Below, one piece after another: positions 21,366 to 31,667 of a stretch of 64,000 bases of DNA. How positions within the stretch are numbered: the stretch's first letter is position 1; every line of letters starts with the position of its first letter. The notes below the pieces were generated by a model. It was not told the DNA's origin. It worked only from the letters and a program-made list of their open reading frames with translations, and made no database searches. The translations under genes and the position numbers were made by a program. The stretch covers positions 3,911-67,910 of the forward strand of contig JABAYF010000019.1 of the NCBI GenBank assembly GCA_018609125.1, in the 5' to 3' direction. The DNA comes from Candidatus Nanopelagicales bacterium (lineage in GTDB: Bacteria > Actinomycetota > Actinomycetes > S36-B12).

Positions 21366-22694
21366 GTGACAACATTCGTTGATGAGGTCTTGATCCATGC
21401 GATCGCCGGTGACGGCGGCCATGGATGCACGAGCATTCATCGAGAGAAATTTAAGCCTCTCGCCGGCCCCGATGGCGGCACCGGCGGACGCGGCGGCGAT
21501 GTCATCATCACCGTTGATCCTTCGGTCACGACCCTGCTGCCCTTCCATCGTCGCCCGCATCAGCGAGCAACATCTGGTCGGCCGGGCCACGGCTCGAATC
21601 GCAGCGGTGCTGATGGGGACGATGTCATATTGCCCGTGCCCGACGGCACTGTTATTAAGGACCGGCAGGGTGAGGTGCTCGCCGATCTCATCGGCGCCGG
21701 CACGACCTATGTCGTTGCCCGAGGCGGCCGCGGTGGATTAGGCAATGCCGCGTTGGCCTCGCCGCGTCGTATTGCGCCGGGTTTTGCCCTTCTGGGTGAA
21801 CCTGGCGACCACTCCGACGTGGTGTTGGAACTAAAGACGGTGGCCGATGTGGCCTTGGTCGGGTATCCCAGTGCCGGCAAATCGAGCCTGATCGCCGCGT
21901 TATCAGCCGCACGTCCTAAAATCGCCGACTATCCCTTCACCACCCTGGTACCCAACCTGGGTGTGGTCTCTGCCGGTGATGTCACGTTCACCATGGCAGA
22001 TGTGCCGGGGCTCATTCCTGGTGCGAGCGAGGGCCGCGGTCTTGGTCTGGAATTTCTGCGGCACGTCGAGCGCTGCTCGGTACTGGTGCACGTGATCGAC
22101 ACCGGCGCCCTGGAAACCGACCGTGAACCACTAGCCGATCTTGACACGATCGAGGCTGAGCTGGCCGCCTATGGCGGGCTCGAGGACCGTCCGCGGCTGG
22201 TGGCGTTGAACAAGATCGATATTCCCGATGGTCGTGTTATCGCCGAAATGGTCGAACCAATGCTCGCTAAGCGAGGGATTCCGACCTTCGCGGTGTCGGC
22301 GATGAGTCGTGAAGGGTTGCGGCCCTTGATGTTTGCCATGGCCCAATCCGTCGCAGCGCATCGTGCTTCCGTGATGGTAGACACGGCCACACGCATCGTG
22401 ATCAATCCCAAGGCTGTAGACGACTCGGGCTTTAGCATCGTCACTGAAACCGATGCGGAAACGCAGGATATTCTGTATCGCGTTGTGGGTCACCGGCCAG
22501 AACGCTGGGTGCGTCAAACCGATTTCAGTAACGAAGAAGCAGTGGGTTATCTGGGGGAGCGGTTGGCTCGTTTGGGGGTGGAGAAGTCGCTGTGGGAGGC
22601 CGGTGCTCGGCCTGGATCAACCGTTTTGATCGGCCCGCTGGACTCGGCTGTTGTTTTCGATTGGGAGCCCACGATCGCCCTCGGGGGGAGCTAA
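21366..22694 (+). CDS. obg: GTPase Obg/CgtA
   Basis: 442 aa; glycine-rich Obg fold (GGDGGHGC, GGRGGDV); G1 [10 protein letters not shown]3 DVPGLI, G4 NKID; C-terminal OCT-like domain; position rplU-rpmA-obg. Confidence 0.95.
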   Translation: MTTFVDEVLIHAIAGDGGHGCTSIHREKFKPLAGPDGGTGGRGGDVIITVDPSVTTLLPFHRRPHQRATSGRPGHGSNRSGADGDDVILPVPDGTVIKDRQGEVLADLIGAGTTYVVARGGRGGLGNAALASPRRIAPGFALLGEPGDHSDVVLELKTVADVALVGYPSAGKSSLIAALSAARPKIADYPFTTLVPNLGVVSAGDVTFTMADVPGLIPGASEGRGLGLEFLRHVERCSVLVHVIDTGALETDREPLADLDTIEAELAAYGGLEDRPRLVALNKIDIPDGRVIAEMVEPMLAKRGIPTFAVSAMSREGLRPLMFAMAQSVAAHRASVMVDTATRIVINPKAVDDSGFSIVTETDAETQDILYRVVGHRPERWVRQTDFSNEEAVGYLGERLARLGVEKSLWEAGARPGSTVLIGPLDSAVVFDWEPTIALGGS

Positions 22695-23876
22695 ATGCAC
22701 GAGTTTGAAACAGTGACATCGGAAACGAGCGAAGCATCAGTACCGGAAACGGATCTGCGTGGGATTATCGCCGGAGCGCGGCGCATCGTGGTCAAGATTG
22801 GTTCATCCTCGCTCACCAAGGCTGGTGGCGGATTAGACCCCGAGCGCATCCCGCACTTGGTTTCTGCTCTGGCCGGTCGCCGAGCGCGCGGCACCCAGAT
22901 TGTGGTGGTTTCCAGCGGGGCCATTGCCACCGGATTTCCCTACCTGGGATTAACCAAACGGCCCCGCGACCTCACCACCCAACAGGCCTCTGCCAGCGTG
23001 GGTCAAGGGATCTTGCTGGCCCACTACACAGCGGCGTTTCACCAGCACGGATCCACCGTGGGCCAGGTACTGCTCACCGCCGACGACATGACCCGACGTA
23101 GCCATTACCGCAATGCCCAGCAGACACTCCAGCGTCTCCTAGAGATGGATGTGGTGCCGCTGGTTAACGAAAATGACACGGTGGCCACCGCCGAAATTCG
23201 GGTGGGCGACAACGATCGTCTCGCTGCTCTCGTGGCCCACCTTGTGCATGCAGATGCGCTCGTGCTGCTCTCTGATGTGGACGGCCTCTACCAGGGGCCA
23301 CCGGACCGAGGCGGCAGTCAATTTCTGAGTCAGGTACGCGATGCCGATGACCTGACCGGAGTTGACGTGGGTGGCGTGGGCAACGCCGGTGTCGGCTTGG
23401 GCGGAATGGCAACGAAGGTTGAAGCCGCTCGCATAGCTTCTGCCGCCGGTATCCCGGCCATGATTGCCGGATTCACATCGGTTCATGATGCGCTCCACGA
23501 TGCACAGGTGGGGACGGTGTTTCACGTCACCGGACGGCGCACCCGAACTCGATTGCTATGGCTGGCCCACGCGAGCACCCCACTGGGCCGCCTGCACCTA
23601 GATGCCGGTGCCGTTGATGCTGTGGTGCGCCGACGCGCATCGCTGTTACCTGCTGGCGTGACCCGCGTGGAGGGAGAATTTCTCGCTGGCGACCCCGTTG
23701 ACCTCGTGGGTCCGGCCGGCCGAGCCTTCGCCCGCGGCTTGGTGAACTTCGATGCCGAAGAGTTGCCTCGGCTACTCGGTCGATCCACGCGAGACCTCGC
23801 GCGTGATCACGGCGCAGCATATGAGCGTGAACTCATTCACCGTGACGACATCATCGTGTTGTCTGATGGGACATAG
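22695..23876 (+). CDS. proB: glutamate 5-kinase
   Basis: 393 aa; VVKIGSSSLT amino-acid-kinase start; C-terminal PUA-like domain (LLPAGVTRVEGEFLAGDPVDLV); followed directly by proA. An N-terminal extension of about 25 aa makes the start uncertain. Confidence 0.92.
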   Translation: MHEFETVTSETSEASVPETDLRGIIAGARRIVVKIGSSSLTKAGGGLDPERIPHLVSALAGRRARGTQIVVVSSGAIATGFPYLGLTKRPRDLTTQQASASVGQGILLAHYTAAFHQHGSTVGQVLLTADDMTRRSHYRNAQQTLQRLLEMDVVPLVNENDTVATAEIRVGDNDRLAALVAHLVHADALVLLSDVDGLYQGPPDRGGSQFLSQVRDADDLTGVDVGGVGNAGVGLGGMATKVEAARIASAAGIPAMIAGFTSVHDALHDAQVGTVFHVTGRRTRTRLLWLAHASTPLGRLHLDAGAVDAVVRRRASLLPAGVTRVEGEFLAGDPVDLVGPAGRAFARGLVNFDAEELPRLLGRSTRDLARDHGAAYERELIHRDDIIVLSDGT

Positions 23877-25154
23877 ATGAGCGATGATGGTGCAGTGAGC
23901 AGTGAGCGACAGGCCGTTATGGAGACTGCGGTGGCGGCCAAGGCTGCATCCGCTGTGCTTCGTCGCATGTCGCGGGAGACCAAGGATGATGCCCTGCGCG
24001 GAATCGCAGCCTCGCTGCGTGACCAGGCGGACACGATTGCCAAGGTCAATGCTGTTGATGTGCAACGAGCGGCCAACAACGGCACCGATGCCGCCATTAT
24101 CGATCGGCTTACGCTCGATTCGCAGCGCATCGAAGCGATCGCAGCCGCGGTCGAGGAAGTGATCGATCTGCCCGACCCCATCGGTGACGTGGTGCGTGGC
24201 TACACCCTGCCCAATGGTTTACAGGTCCGCCAAATTCGAGTGCCGCTCGGCGTGGTTGGCATGATTTATGAGGCACGACCCAATGTCACAGTGGACGCGG
24301 CCGTTCTGTGTCTGAAAAGCGGTAACTCAGCGCTTCTGCGTGGTTCATCCTCGGCGCGCGATACGAATGCCGAACTTGTTCGTGTGATGCGAGAAGCTCT
24401 GCAGGACACCCCAATTCCACTCGACGCGATTTGTTTGGTGCCCGGATCCACGCATGAGAGTGTGGATCATTTGATGACCGCTCGCGGACTGGTTGATGTG
24501 GTGATTCCGCGGGGTGGCGGTGCGCTCATTGAGCGCGTCGTTCAAGGTGCCACGGTTCCCGTGATTGAGACCGGGGTTGGCAACTGTCATGTCTACGTTG
24601 ATGCCCATGCAGACCTTGACATGGCGTTGAGCATTATTCTCAACGCCAAAACTCAACGTGTCAGCGTGTGCAATGCGGCGGAAACGGTTCTTGTGCATCG
24701 AGAAATTGCAAATGTTTTTCTCCCGCGGTTGACGAACGCGCTAAATGAGGCAGGCGTCACGGTTCATGGAGACCGGGTGTTCCAGCAGGCCGACGCCGCA
24801 GTAGTCCCAGCGACGGATCTGGACTGGGCAACTGAGTACTACTCCCTTGATGTTGCTGCCGGTGTCGTGGATTCCCTTGAGGCTGCCACGCAGCACATCC
24901 GAAAGTGGTCCACCGGGCACACCGAGGCCATCGTGAGTGATTCTGCCCAAGCAATTGCTGACTTCATTGCTGCCGTGGACTCAGCCGCCATCATGGTGAA
25001 TGCTTCGACCCGGTTTACCGATGGGGGCGAGTTTGGTTTCGGGGCCGAGATTGGGATTTCGACGCAGAAGTTGCATGCCCGCGGACCCATGGGTCTGGCG
25101 GAACTCACCTCGACGACGTTTATCGTGACCGGCGAGGGGCATGTTCGTCCCTGA
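23877..25154 (+). CDS. proA: glutamate-5-semialdehyde dehydrogenase
   Basis: 425 aa; ATG abuts proB stop; catalytic-Cys context [11 protein letters not shown]. Confidence 0.95.
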   Translation: MSDDGAVSSERQAVMETAVAAKAASAVLRRMSRETKDDALRGIAASLRDQADTIAKVNAVDVQRAANNGTDAAIIDRLTLDSQRIEAIAAAVEEVIDLPDPIGDVVRGYTLPNGLQVRQIRVPLGVVGMIYEARPNVTVDAAVLCLKSGNSALLRGSSSARDTNAELVRVMREALQDTPIPLDAICLVPGSTHESVDHLMTARGLVDVVIPRGGGALIERVVQGATVPVIETGVGNCHVYVDAHADLDMALSIILNAKTQRVSVCNAAETVLVHREIANVFLPRLTNALNEAGVTVHGDRVFQQADAAVVPATDLDWATEYYSLDVAAGVVDSLEAATQHIRKWSTGHTEAIVSDSAQAIADFIAAVDSAAIMVNASTRFTDGGEFGFGAEIGISTQKLHARGPMGLAELTSTTFIVTGEGHVRP

Positions 25155-25243
25155 CCGTTACGGCTAGGGTATGAAGGGATGGTGCTGCGCGTGGGGTGCC
25201 TCGTATCGGACACGATGAGCCGGAAGAAGAAGAGGGATATCTC

Positions 25244-25390
25244 ATGAACGTGGTGCTTGCTAGCGTGGTGGCTGCTGAGGGCGCACAGGTCGAAGGAGGC
25301 CATCTTTCCCCCTTCGTTTTCGGCGGGGTCGCTCTGGGTTGTCTGCTGCTGCTGCTGTTCATCACGTGGATGCTCAACGTCGATAGGTAG
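25244..25390 (+). CDS. hypothetical small single-pass membrane protein
   Basis: ATG 25244 lies 8 nt after AGAGGGA, inside the 64-aa ORF 25196-25390. It gives 48 aa with a C-terminal TM helix (FVFGGVALGCLLLLLFITWML); the stop is 3 nt before the nadD GTG. No family recognised. Confidence 0.45.
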   Translation: MNVVLASVVAAEGAQVEGGHLSPFVFGGVALGCLLLLLFITWMLNVDR

Positions 25391-25393
25391 GTT

Positions 25394-26023
25394 GTGAATA
25401 CCGCGCCCGTGCCCGCGAATGCGCCGCCTCGTCGAGTCGGGGTCATGGGCGGTACCTTCGATCCGATCCACTTCGGCCACCTCGTAGCTGCCTCTGAGGT
25501 GGCGCATCAATTTGGCCTCGCCGAAGTCTGGTTCGTGCCCACGGGCAATCCCTGGCAAAAGCACGACCAGCAGGTGTCCTCGGCTGAGGATCGCTACCTC
25601 ATGACCGTCATTGCTACAGCGGCTGACGCCCGGTTCAGCGTGAGTCGCGTTGATGTGGACCGACCCGGGCCTACCTACACGGCCGACACACTCAAAGAAC
25701 TACGTCAATCTCTGCCCGAGCCAACAGATTTGTATTTCATTACCGGAGCGGATGCACTGGCCGATATTTTGACCTGGGAGCGCACCGACGAGGTCAGGGA
25801 ACTGGCCTATCTCATCGGTGTCACCAGGCCCGGCCATGTGCTTGCCGACCCGGGGGTGGCGCCGGGCCGGACGACACTTTTTGAGGTGCCAGCACTGGCA
25901 ATTTCATCGACCGACTGTCGCGAACGGGTGGCTCGGGGCGCACCGATTGACTACCTTGTGCCCGCCGGTGTGGCTAGTTACATCGCCAAGCGCGGCATGT
26001 ATCGACGTGTGACCACGCCCTGA
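25394..26023 (+). CDS. nadD: nicotinate-nucleotide adenylyltransferase
   Basis: 209 aa; [11 protein letters not shown] nucleotidyltransferase motif; SSTDCR near C-terminus. Confidence 0.94.
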   Translation: MNTAPVPANAPPRRVGVMGGTFDPIHFGHLVAASEVAHQFGLAEVWFVPTGNPWQKHDQQVSSAEDRYLMTVIATAADARFSVSRVDVDRPGPTYTADTLKELRQSLPEPTDLYFITGADALADILTWERTDEVRELAYLIGVTRPGHVLADPGVAPGRTTLFEVPALAISSTDCRERVARGAPIDYLVPAGVASYIAKRGMYRRVTTP

Positions 26024-26025
26024 TC

Positions 26026-26940
26026 ATGGGCACCAGGAAACCTTCCCTCGCACTCATTACGCTCACGCTGGTGCTGACAGCATCACTGGGGATGGGTGCG
26101 TGCACTGGCAACCGTGGCGGTGGGGTGACACCGTCGCCGACGGGTGCGTCGACACCTGCTACCGCACCGGCCCTGCTGCTCGTTCAAGCACTGAACGAAA
26201 GTGGTTATGCGATCAATAACGTGCTCCTGGGCACCCTTCCGGCACCGACTCAGCGTTCACCGCGTCTTGCCTATCTACCCGGTGGGCTTTTGGTGGATGG
26301 CCCAGGTGGACCCACCACGCTGGGTCGTACCCCCTTTTCGCCGGACACCCGCGCCGCAGTGGTCGCGATGACGGATACCTTCGCAGTGTCGGTGACCGGG
26401 GGCATTGCCCTTGATCGACTCGCCCTGGCCGGACTCATTGATGCCGTAGGAGGCATTTGGATCAATGTGCCAGAACGGTTATTTATCGCACGTCCAAACC
26501 AGGGTTTACCGCTGGTCGTGGCCCCTGGCTGGCAGCGATTCACCGGAATCTCCGGGGCGGACTACGCCACGTTATTGACACCTGGCGGCACCCAAACCCA
26601 AGTCCTCCAGCGCTTCGCGGCTGTCTTCGCCCAAATCATCCGCAGGCTTCCGGTGAGCGATGAGCGACTGCGTCAAGTGTTTACCAATCTTGGTTCGCTG
26701 GCGCCGAGCACCACGACAACGGACGTACTCGTCAGCGCCTTCAGCCAGGCACGAGACGGTGAACTCGCCGGCCAAGACCTCAGTGCCATCGTCGATGTTG
26801 CCGTCATTCGAGACGGTGAGATTCCGGCTGCGGTGGTCACCGAGCGGGGGTCGCGTACGGTGGCGGTTATGTTTGCTGACTTCGCCCCCACCGATAGGGA
26901 ACCATTGACCCCAACGCGCAATGAATCGACCACGCCGTGA
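26026..26940 (+). CDS. putative secreted lipoprotein with LytR-CpsA-Psr (LCP)-like fold
   Basis: 304 aa; signal peptide with lipobox-like LGMGAC; the segment IALDRLALAGLIDAVGGIWINVPE resembles the LCP-domain core. The functional call is weak. Confidence 0.6.
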   Translation: MGTRKPSLALITLTLVLTASLGMGACTGNRGGGVTPSPTGASTPATAPALLLVQALNESGYAINNVLLGTLPAPTQRSPRLAYLPGGLLVDGPGGPTTLGRTPFSPDTRAAVVAMTDTFAVSVTGGIALDRLALAGLIDAVGGIWINVPERLFIARPNQGLPLVVAPGWQRFTGISGADYATLLTPGGTQTQVLQRFAAVFAQIIRRLPVSDERLRQVFTNLGSLAPSTTTTDVLVSAFSQARDGELAGQDLSAIVDVAVIRDGEIPAAVVTERGSRTVAVMFADFAPTDREPLTPTRNESTTP

Positions 26941-27323
26941 CGGCATCGAAGTCAGCGGTTTCGCTGGCCACGGTTGCGGCCCAGGCAGCCGCTAACAAAC
27001 TGGCCACCGACATCGTGGCGCTTGATGTGAGCGAGCAGGTGGTAATCACCGATGTGTTCCTGCTCTGTTCTGGCGCCAACGAACGACAGGTGCGATCCAT
27101 TGTTGATGCCATCGAAGAAGCCGCATCTCCGCTGGGAGAAAAGCCGTTCCGACGCGAGGGCGAGGCTGAAGGGCGCTGGGTGTTGCTCGATTACGGAGAC
27201 GTGGTGATGCACGTGCAGTTGACTGAGGAGCGATTTCACTACGCGTTGGAACGGTTGTGGAAGGACTGCCCGGTAGTACCGATGAACATTGACAACGGCA
27301 TGAACGAAATGCAAGAAAGCTAA
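26937..27323 (+). CDS. rsfS: ribosome silencing factor RsfS
   Basis: 128 aa; GTGA overlap with upstream stop; DWVLLDYGDVVVHV-type motif (RWVLLDYGDVVMHV); conserved nadD-rsfS linkage. Confidence 0.9.
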   Translation: MTASKSAVSLATVAAQAAANKLATDIVALDVSEQVVITDVFLLCSGANERQVRSIVDAIEEAASPLGEKPFRREGEAEGRWVLLDYGDVVMHVQLTEERFHYALERLWKDCPVVPMNIDNGMNEMQES

Positions 27324-27991
27324 TGCGTCGGTTGGTCCTGTGGCGGCATGGCCGCACCGAATGGAACGCCCAGCATCGATTCCAGGGGCAAACGGATGTG
27401 CCCCTGGATGAGGTGGGACAGGCGCAGGCGCATCGGGCGGCCGAGGTGCTGGCACGGCTTGAGCCCACGACCATCGTTGCCTCCGATCTTCTTCGCACCA
27501 GGCAAACCGCCGCTGCACTAGCGCAGGTAACGGGCCTGACCGTGCAGCATGACCCGCAACTGCGCGAGACATTCGCCGGCCGATGGCAAGGCCTGACCCG
27601 TGATGAAATTAAAAGCGCTGACGGCGATGAATTTGCTGCCTGGGCCAGCGGCGACGATCTTCGTCCCGGTGGTGGCGAGAAGCGCAGCGAGGTTGCCCAA
27701 CGCATGCTGGCTGGAGTCGATGCTGTGCTAGCAGATTCCCCAGCGGATGCGGTGGTCGTCGTTGTCACACACGGTGGTGCGGCTCGGGCTGCCATTGGCG
27801 CATTGCTGGAGTTGCCCTTTGACCATTGGGCGGCTCTGGGAGTGCTCACCAACTGTGCGTGGTCTGTGCTGCTGGAAAATGACCACCCATTGCAGCAGCC
27901 GAAACCTCGATGGCGATTGCAGGAGTACAACGCTGGGTCGCTGCCTGAACCACTACCCGCGGATGGCGTGTGGCCGGCCGATGATCGCTAG
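27323..27991 (+). CDS. histidine phosphatase (phosphoglycerate mutase) family protein
   Basis: 222 aa; RHG motif (WRHGRTEWN) and second catalytic His (VTHGGA); positional equivalent of M. tuberculosis Rv2419c (GpgP) downstream of rsfS, from memory. Confidence 0.88.
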   Translation: MRRLVLWRHGRTEWNAQHRFQGQTDVPLDEVGQAQAHRAAEVLARLEPTTIVASDLLRTRQTAAALAQVTGLTVQHDPQLRETFAGRWQGLTRDEIKSADGDEFAAWASGDDLRPGGGEKRSEVAQRMLAGVDAVLADSPADAVVVVVTHGGAARAAIGALLELPFDHWAALGVLTNCAWSVLLENDHPLQQPKPRWRLQEYNAGSLPEPLPADGVWPADDR

Positions 27992-28046
27992 CAGGGGTGC
28001 AGGCGGGTGCGCAGCGCTGGACGGGTATGCTCTCGCGAGCAATAGC

Positions 28047-28119
28047 GGGGCTGTGGCGCAGCTGGTAGCGCACCTCCATGGCATGGAGGGGGTCAGGGGT
28101 TCGAGTCCCCTCAGCTCCA
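28047..28119 (+). tRNA. tRNA-Ala (anticodon GGC)
   Basis: Hand-folded cloverleaf: acceptor GGGGCTG/CAGCTCC with the G3:U70 alanine identity pair, D arm GCGC/GCGC, anticodon stem CCTCC/GGAGG with loop ATGGCAT, T arm AGGGG-TTCGAGT-CCCCT, discriminator A. The 3' CCA is not fully encoded (ACCG). Confidence 0.92.
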
Positions 28120-28140
28120 CCGCAAGATGATGTGTGTTCG

Positions 28141-28908
28141 ATGATTTCCGCGGGTGATGCGGATCCGGGTTCGGTGTTGATTCTGGGCGACTCGCTGGCC
28201 TTTCACGGGCCAGATGGGGCTTATCGGCCAACCGATCCGCGACTCTTTGGCACTCGCGTGGGTCAGGGCCTGGGCAAAACTGTCGACCTCGTCGCTCGAC
28301 CCGGGTGGACCACCCGAGACATTTGGTGGGCGTTGACGAAGGATCCGGTCGTGTGGGGTGTTTACCTACCTCGGGCCAGCCACGTTCTACTCGCGGTGGG
28401 TGGCATGGATGCGCTGCCTGCTGCCGCACCAACATGGGTGCGCGAATCCATCAGCTTCATTCGGCCCGGAGCGCTGCGCCGACGAGTGCGGTCTGCGTTT
28501 TTGCGTGCAAGTCCGGTCGTGATTAAGACTAGTTCGGGGCGGTTACGTCAACTTCCCCAGCACGCGACCGACCATTATCTGTCTCGAATCGTCAACGGCA
28601 TCCGCACTTTCCGGCCCAATGTGGCGATCGCCACCCTCACCCCGGCGCCCTATCGCAGTGCCCTGTATCCGTCTGCGGCGCCACATGCGTCAGCCGTGGC
28701 CGCAATGCACGCGTGGGCGCGGGAGGCGAAGGTGGATGTGATCGACCTTGAGCCTCTCTCCGCCCATTTCGCTCACAACGCGCCACCGCCTAATCCAGAT
28801 GGCCTGCACTGGTCGTGGCCCATGCATGAGCAGGTGGCCGAGGACATTCTTGCCCTGTGGGTGGATCCGCTGAACGAGCAGCCGCTGAACGCGACGCGGT
28901 TCGACTGA
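28141..28908 (+). CDS. SGNH/GDSL hydrolase-family protein
   Basis: ATG 28141 chosen because the ORF-track start 28078 lies inside tRNA-Ala. Block I GDSLA (ILGDSLAFHG) and block V DxxH (PDGLHW). Positional equivalent of M. tuberculosis Rv2418c, from memory. Confidence 0.85.
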   Translation: MISAGDADPGSVLILGDSLAFHGPDGAYRPTDPRLFGTRVGQGLGKTVDLVARPGWTTRDIWWALTKDPVVWGVYLPRASHVLLAVGGMDALPAAAPTWVRESISFIRPGALRRRVRSAFLRASPVVIKTSSGRLRQLPQHATDHYLSRIVNGIRTFRPNVAIATLTPAPYRSALYPSAAPHASAVAAMHAWAREAKVDVIDLEPLSAHFAHNAPPPNPDGLHWSWPMHEQVAEDILALWVDPLNEQPLNATRFD

Positions 28909-28911
28909 AGC

Positions 28912-29097
28912 ATGAAGTATTTGACAAATGCCGAGGCTGGCACCGCTGCTGTTCAACTCGGGGCAACCAGCGGTGTCCCTGAGGAGACGGTGGCGTCGGT
29001 GGCCCGCACCGGGCTGGTCGTCGCAACGTTTATCAGGTTGCCACTGAGCGGCCCTTTCGCCACACCGCTGAGTCCGGTCACACGGTGGGGGAGTTGA
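28912..29097 (+). CDS. questionable small ORF (possibly frame-split)
   Basis: 61-aa ORF with no SD; C-terminal third is Pro/Leu/Ser-rich; a second frame downstream reads more protein-like (see finding). No family recognised. Confidence 0.25.
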   Translation: MKYLTNAEAGTAAVQLGATSGVPEETVASVARTGLVVATFIRLPLSGPFATPLSPVTRWGS

Positions 29098-29201
29098 TCG
29101 AGGTTTTTCGTGAGCACGAGGTCACCGGCCGCCTGGGGGAGTCAGCGCAGGGCTGAGTATCGTCACAGGGTCAGTCAGAGCCCCGGATGAGGATGCCCCG
29201 A

Positions 29202-31658
29202 ATGAGCGAAACGTATGACGTCACACAGATTCAGCAGCGCTGGCTGCCGGTCTGGGACGAACTAGCACCGTTTCGATCAGGGGATCCCAACGACCCACGG
29301 CCGAAGAAGTACGTGCTCGACATGTTTCCCTATCCCAGCGGGGATCTACACATGGGTCACGCTGAGGCCTATGCGCTGGGCGATGTCGTCGCGCGGTATT
29401 GGGTTCAGCAGGGATTCAACGTCATGCACCCCATCGGCTGGGATGCCTTTGGTTTGCCGGCGGAGAACGCCGCAATCCGCAACGGTATTGACCCGATGAA
29501 GTGGACCTATGAAAACATTGAACAGCAGAAAGCGTCCATGCGCCGCTATGCCTGCTCCTTTGACTGGGACCGGGTACTGAACACCTGCGATCCGGAGTTC
29601 TATCACTGGAATCAATGGTTTTTCATCCAGATGTTTAAGCGCGGCCTGGCCTACCGCAAGGCCAGTAACGTCAACTGGTGTCCGGAATGTCAGACGGTGT
29701 TGGCCAACGAGCAGGTTGTTGCCGGAGCATGTGAGCGCTGCGACACCGTCGTCACCAAAAAGAAGCTCACCCAGTGGTATCTGCGCATTACCGACTACGC
29801 GGACCGCCTCCTTAACGACATGCAACAGTTGGAAGGCTACTGGCCCGAAAAGGTATTGGCCATGCAGCGCAACTGGATTGGCCGTTCTACGGGGGCGCAG
29901 GTGTCCTTCCAGATTGAGGACTATCCAGAGGCCGTCACGGTCTACACCACGCGACCGGACACCCTCTACGGTGCAACCTTCTTCGTTGTTGCGGCAGATT
30001 CGCCGCTAGCCGAAGCGCTTGCGGCCGGCACGAGCGCCGAAGAGGATCTTTATCGCTATGCCGAAGAAGTCAAGAAGGCCTCCGATATTGATCGGTTAAG
30101 CACCGAACGCAAGAAGTCCGGGGTCTTTTTGCAGCGGTACGCCATTAACCCGGTGAACGGTGAACGCCTTCCCGTGTGGGCCAGCGATTACGTGTTGGCT
30201 GACTACGGCACCGGTGCGGTCATGGCCGTGCCGGCGCACGATCAGCGAGATCTTGATTTTGCTCAGGCTTTCAACCTGCCCGTGCGCGTCGTGGTGGAGT
30301 CCGGTGAGGATCCTGCAGAAACGGGAATCGCGACGGCCGACGACGGTCCACACGTTAATTCTGGGCCACTCGATGGACTCAATAAGGACGACGCCATCGC
30401 GGCCATGATCGACATTCTTAGCCAGACGGGTCACGGTGATGCCTCGGTCAACTACCGTCTGCGCGACTGGCTCATCTCCCGCCAGCGCTACTGGGGAACG
30501 CCCATCCCGATCGTTCACTGCCCCGACTGTGGTGAAGTTGCGGTCCCAGAAGAAGAGTTGCCGGTGCGATTGCCATCAGCCGAGGGACTTGACCTTTCGC
30601 CCAAGGGCGCTTCTCCACTGGGTGCAGCGACGGAGTGGGCATCGGTGCCCTGCCCGCAGTGTGGTGCAGATGCGGTGCGTGACCCGGACACCATGGACAC
30701 CTTTGTGGATTCGTCCTGGTACTACCTGCGTTATTTGGATCCGCACAAGACCGATGGTCCCTTCGACCCTGACCTGGCGCGTGAGTGGATGCCGGTCGAC
30801 CAGTACGTCGGTGGCGTGACCCATGCCATTTTGCACCTGCTGTACAGCCGGTTTTTCACCAAGGTGGCCTACGACATGGGGCTGGTGGACTTCACCGAAC
30901 CCTTCACCCGGTTGCTCAATCAGGGCATGGTGGTGATGGACGGGTCGGCGATGAGTAAGTCGCGAGGCAACCTGGTGAAACTGACTGACGAACTCGCAGA
31001 ACACGGTGTGGATGCCATTCGTTTGGCCATGGTTTTCGCCGGTCCGCCAGAGGATGACGTTGACTGGGCTGATGTGTCACCGGCCGGTGCCAAGAAGTTC
31101 CTGGCCCGCGCCTGGCGTCTGGCTGGCGATGTTGCCAGCCAACCCGGCGTCGATTTCACCACGGGTGATCTACCGCTGCGCAAGGCCACCCATCGGGCGC
31201 TGCACGACACGCAGGTGGCGGTGGAGTCCTATCGGTTCAACGTGGCAATCGCCAAAGCAATGGAGTTGGTCAACGCCACCCGTAAGGCGGTTGACTCCGG
31301 GTGCGGCCCGACCGACCCGGCCGTACGCGAAGCCGTGGAAGCCACAGCCATCATCATCTCACTGATCACTCCTTATACGGCTGAGGACATGTGGGCACGA
31401 CTAGGCCATCAGCCGCCGGTTGCCCGCGCTGGATGGCCTCAGGTCGATCCACAACTTCTAGTGGCCGACTCGGTAACGTGCGTGATTCAGGTGGCGGGCA
31501 AGGTGCGCGAGCGCATTGAGGTCAGCCCCGATGTCACGGCAGAAGATCTGCAAGATCACGTACTGCACATGCCAGAAGTGATTTCTGCCCTCGACGGCGC
31601 GGCCATTGGTCGGGTCATTGTTCGGCCCCCGAAATTGGTGAATATCGTCCCGGCGTAG
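29202..31658 (+). CDS. leuS: leucine--tRNA ligase
   Basis: ATG 29202, 6 nt after GAGGA, gives [14 protein letters not shown]; HIGH motif (DLHMGH); KMSKS variant (AMSKSRGN); CP1 editing insert present. Confidence 0.95.
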   Translation: MSETYDVTQIQQRWLPVWDELAPFRSGDPNDPRPKKYVLDMFPYPSGDLHMGHAEAYALGDVVARYWVQQGFNVMHPIGWDAFGLPAENAAIRNGIDPMKWTYENIEQQKASMRRYACSFDWDRVLNTCDPEFYHWNQWFFIQMFKRGLAYRKASNVNWCPECQTVLANEQVVAGACERCDTVVTKKKLTQWYLRITDYADRLLNDMQQLEGYWPEKVLAMQRNWIGRSTGAQVSFQIEDYPEAVTVYTTRPDTLYGATFFVVAADSPLAEALAAGTSAEEDLYRYAEEVKKASDIDRLSTERKKSGVFLQRYAINPVNGERLPVWASDYVLADYGTGAVMAVPAHDQRDLDFAQAFNLPVRVVVESGEDPAETGIATADDGPHVNSGPLDGLNKDDAIAAMIDILSQTGHGDASVNYRLRDWLISRQRYWGTPIPIVHCPDCGEVAVPEEELPVRLPSAEGLDLSPKGASPLGAATEWASVPCPQCGADAVRDPDTMDTFVDSSWYYLRYLDPHKTDGPFDPDLAREWMPVDQYVGGVTHAILHLLYSRFFTKVAYDMGLVDFTEPFTRLLNQGMVVMDGSAMSKSRGNLVKLTDELAEHGVDAIRLAMVFAGPPEDDVDWADVSPAGAKKFLARAWRLAGDVASQPGVDFTTGDLPLRKATHRALHDTQVAVESYRFNVAIAKAMELVNATRKAVDSGCGPTDPAVREAVEATAIIISLITPYTAEDMWARLGHQPPVARAGWPQVDPQLLVADSVTCVIQVAGKVRERIEVSPDVTAEDLQDHVLHMPEVISALDGAAIGRVIVRPPKLVNIVPA

Positions 31659-31667
31659 CCTGCGGGT

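Noticed and set aside
24839-25564. 241-aa minus-strand ORF spanning proA 3' end, the gap and nadD 5' end
   Set aside because: It is antisense to two well-supported genes and has no features of its own. The plus-strand small TM ORF explains the gap better.
26952-27930. 206-aa and 294-aa minus-strand ORFs
   Set aside because: They are antisense to rsfS and the histidine phosphatase gene, both of which carry clear motifs. Their Arg/Ser/Pro-rich low-complexity translation is characteristic of shadow ORFs.
28047-28119. tRNA genes as integration hot-spots or genomic-island borders (also 63351-63423)
   Set aside because: No integrase, no direct repeat of the tRNA 3' end and no compositional shift nearby. 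Flanking genes are conserved core genes.
28078-28140. ORF-track N-terminal extension of the SGNH gene
   Set aside because: It would be translated through the 3' half of tRNA-Ala. ATG 28141 directly precedes the conserved GDSL block.
28909-29201. T-box or other riboswitch upstream of leuS (likewise valS and glyQS)
   Set aside because: I see no T-box-like GGTGGTACCGCG core and no specifier/antiterminator architecture. The valS and glyQS upstream gaps (24 and 48 bp) are too short for any leader.
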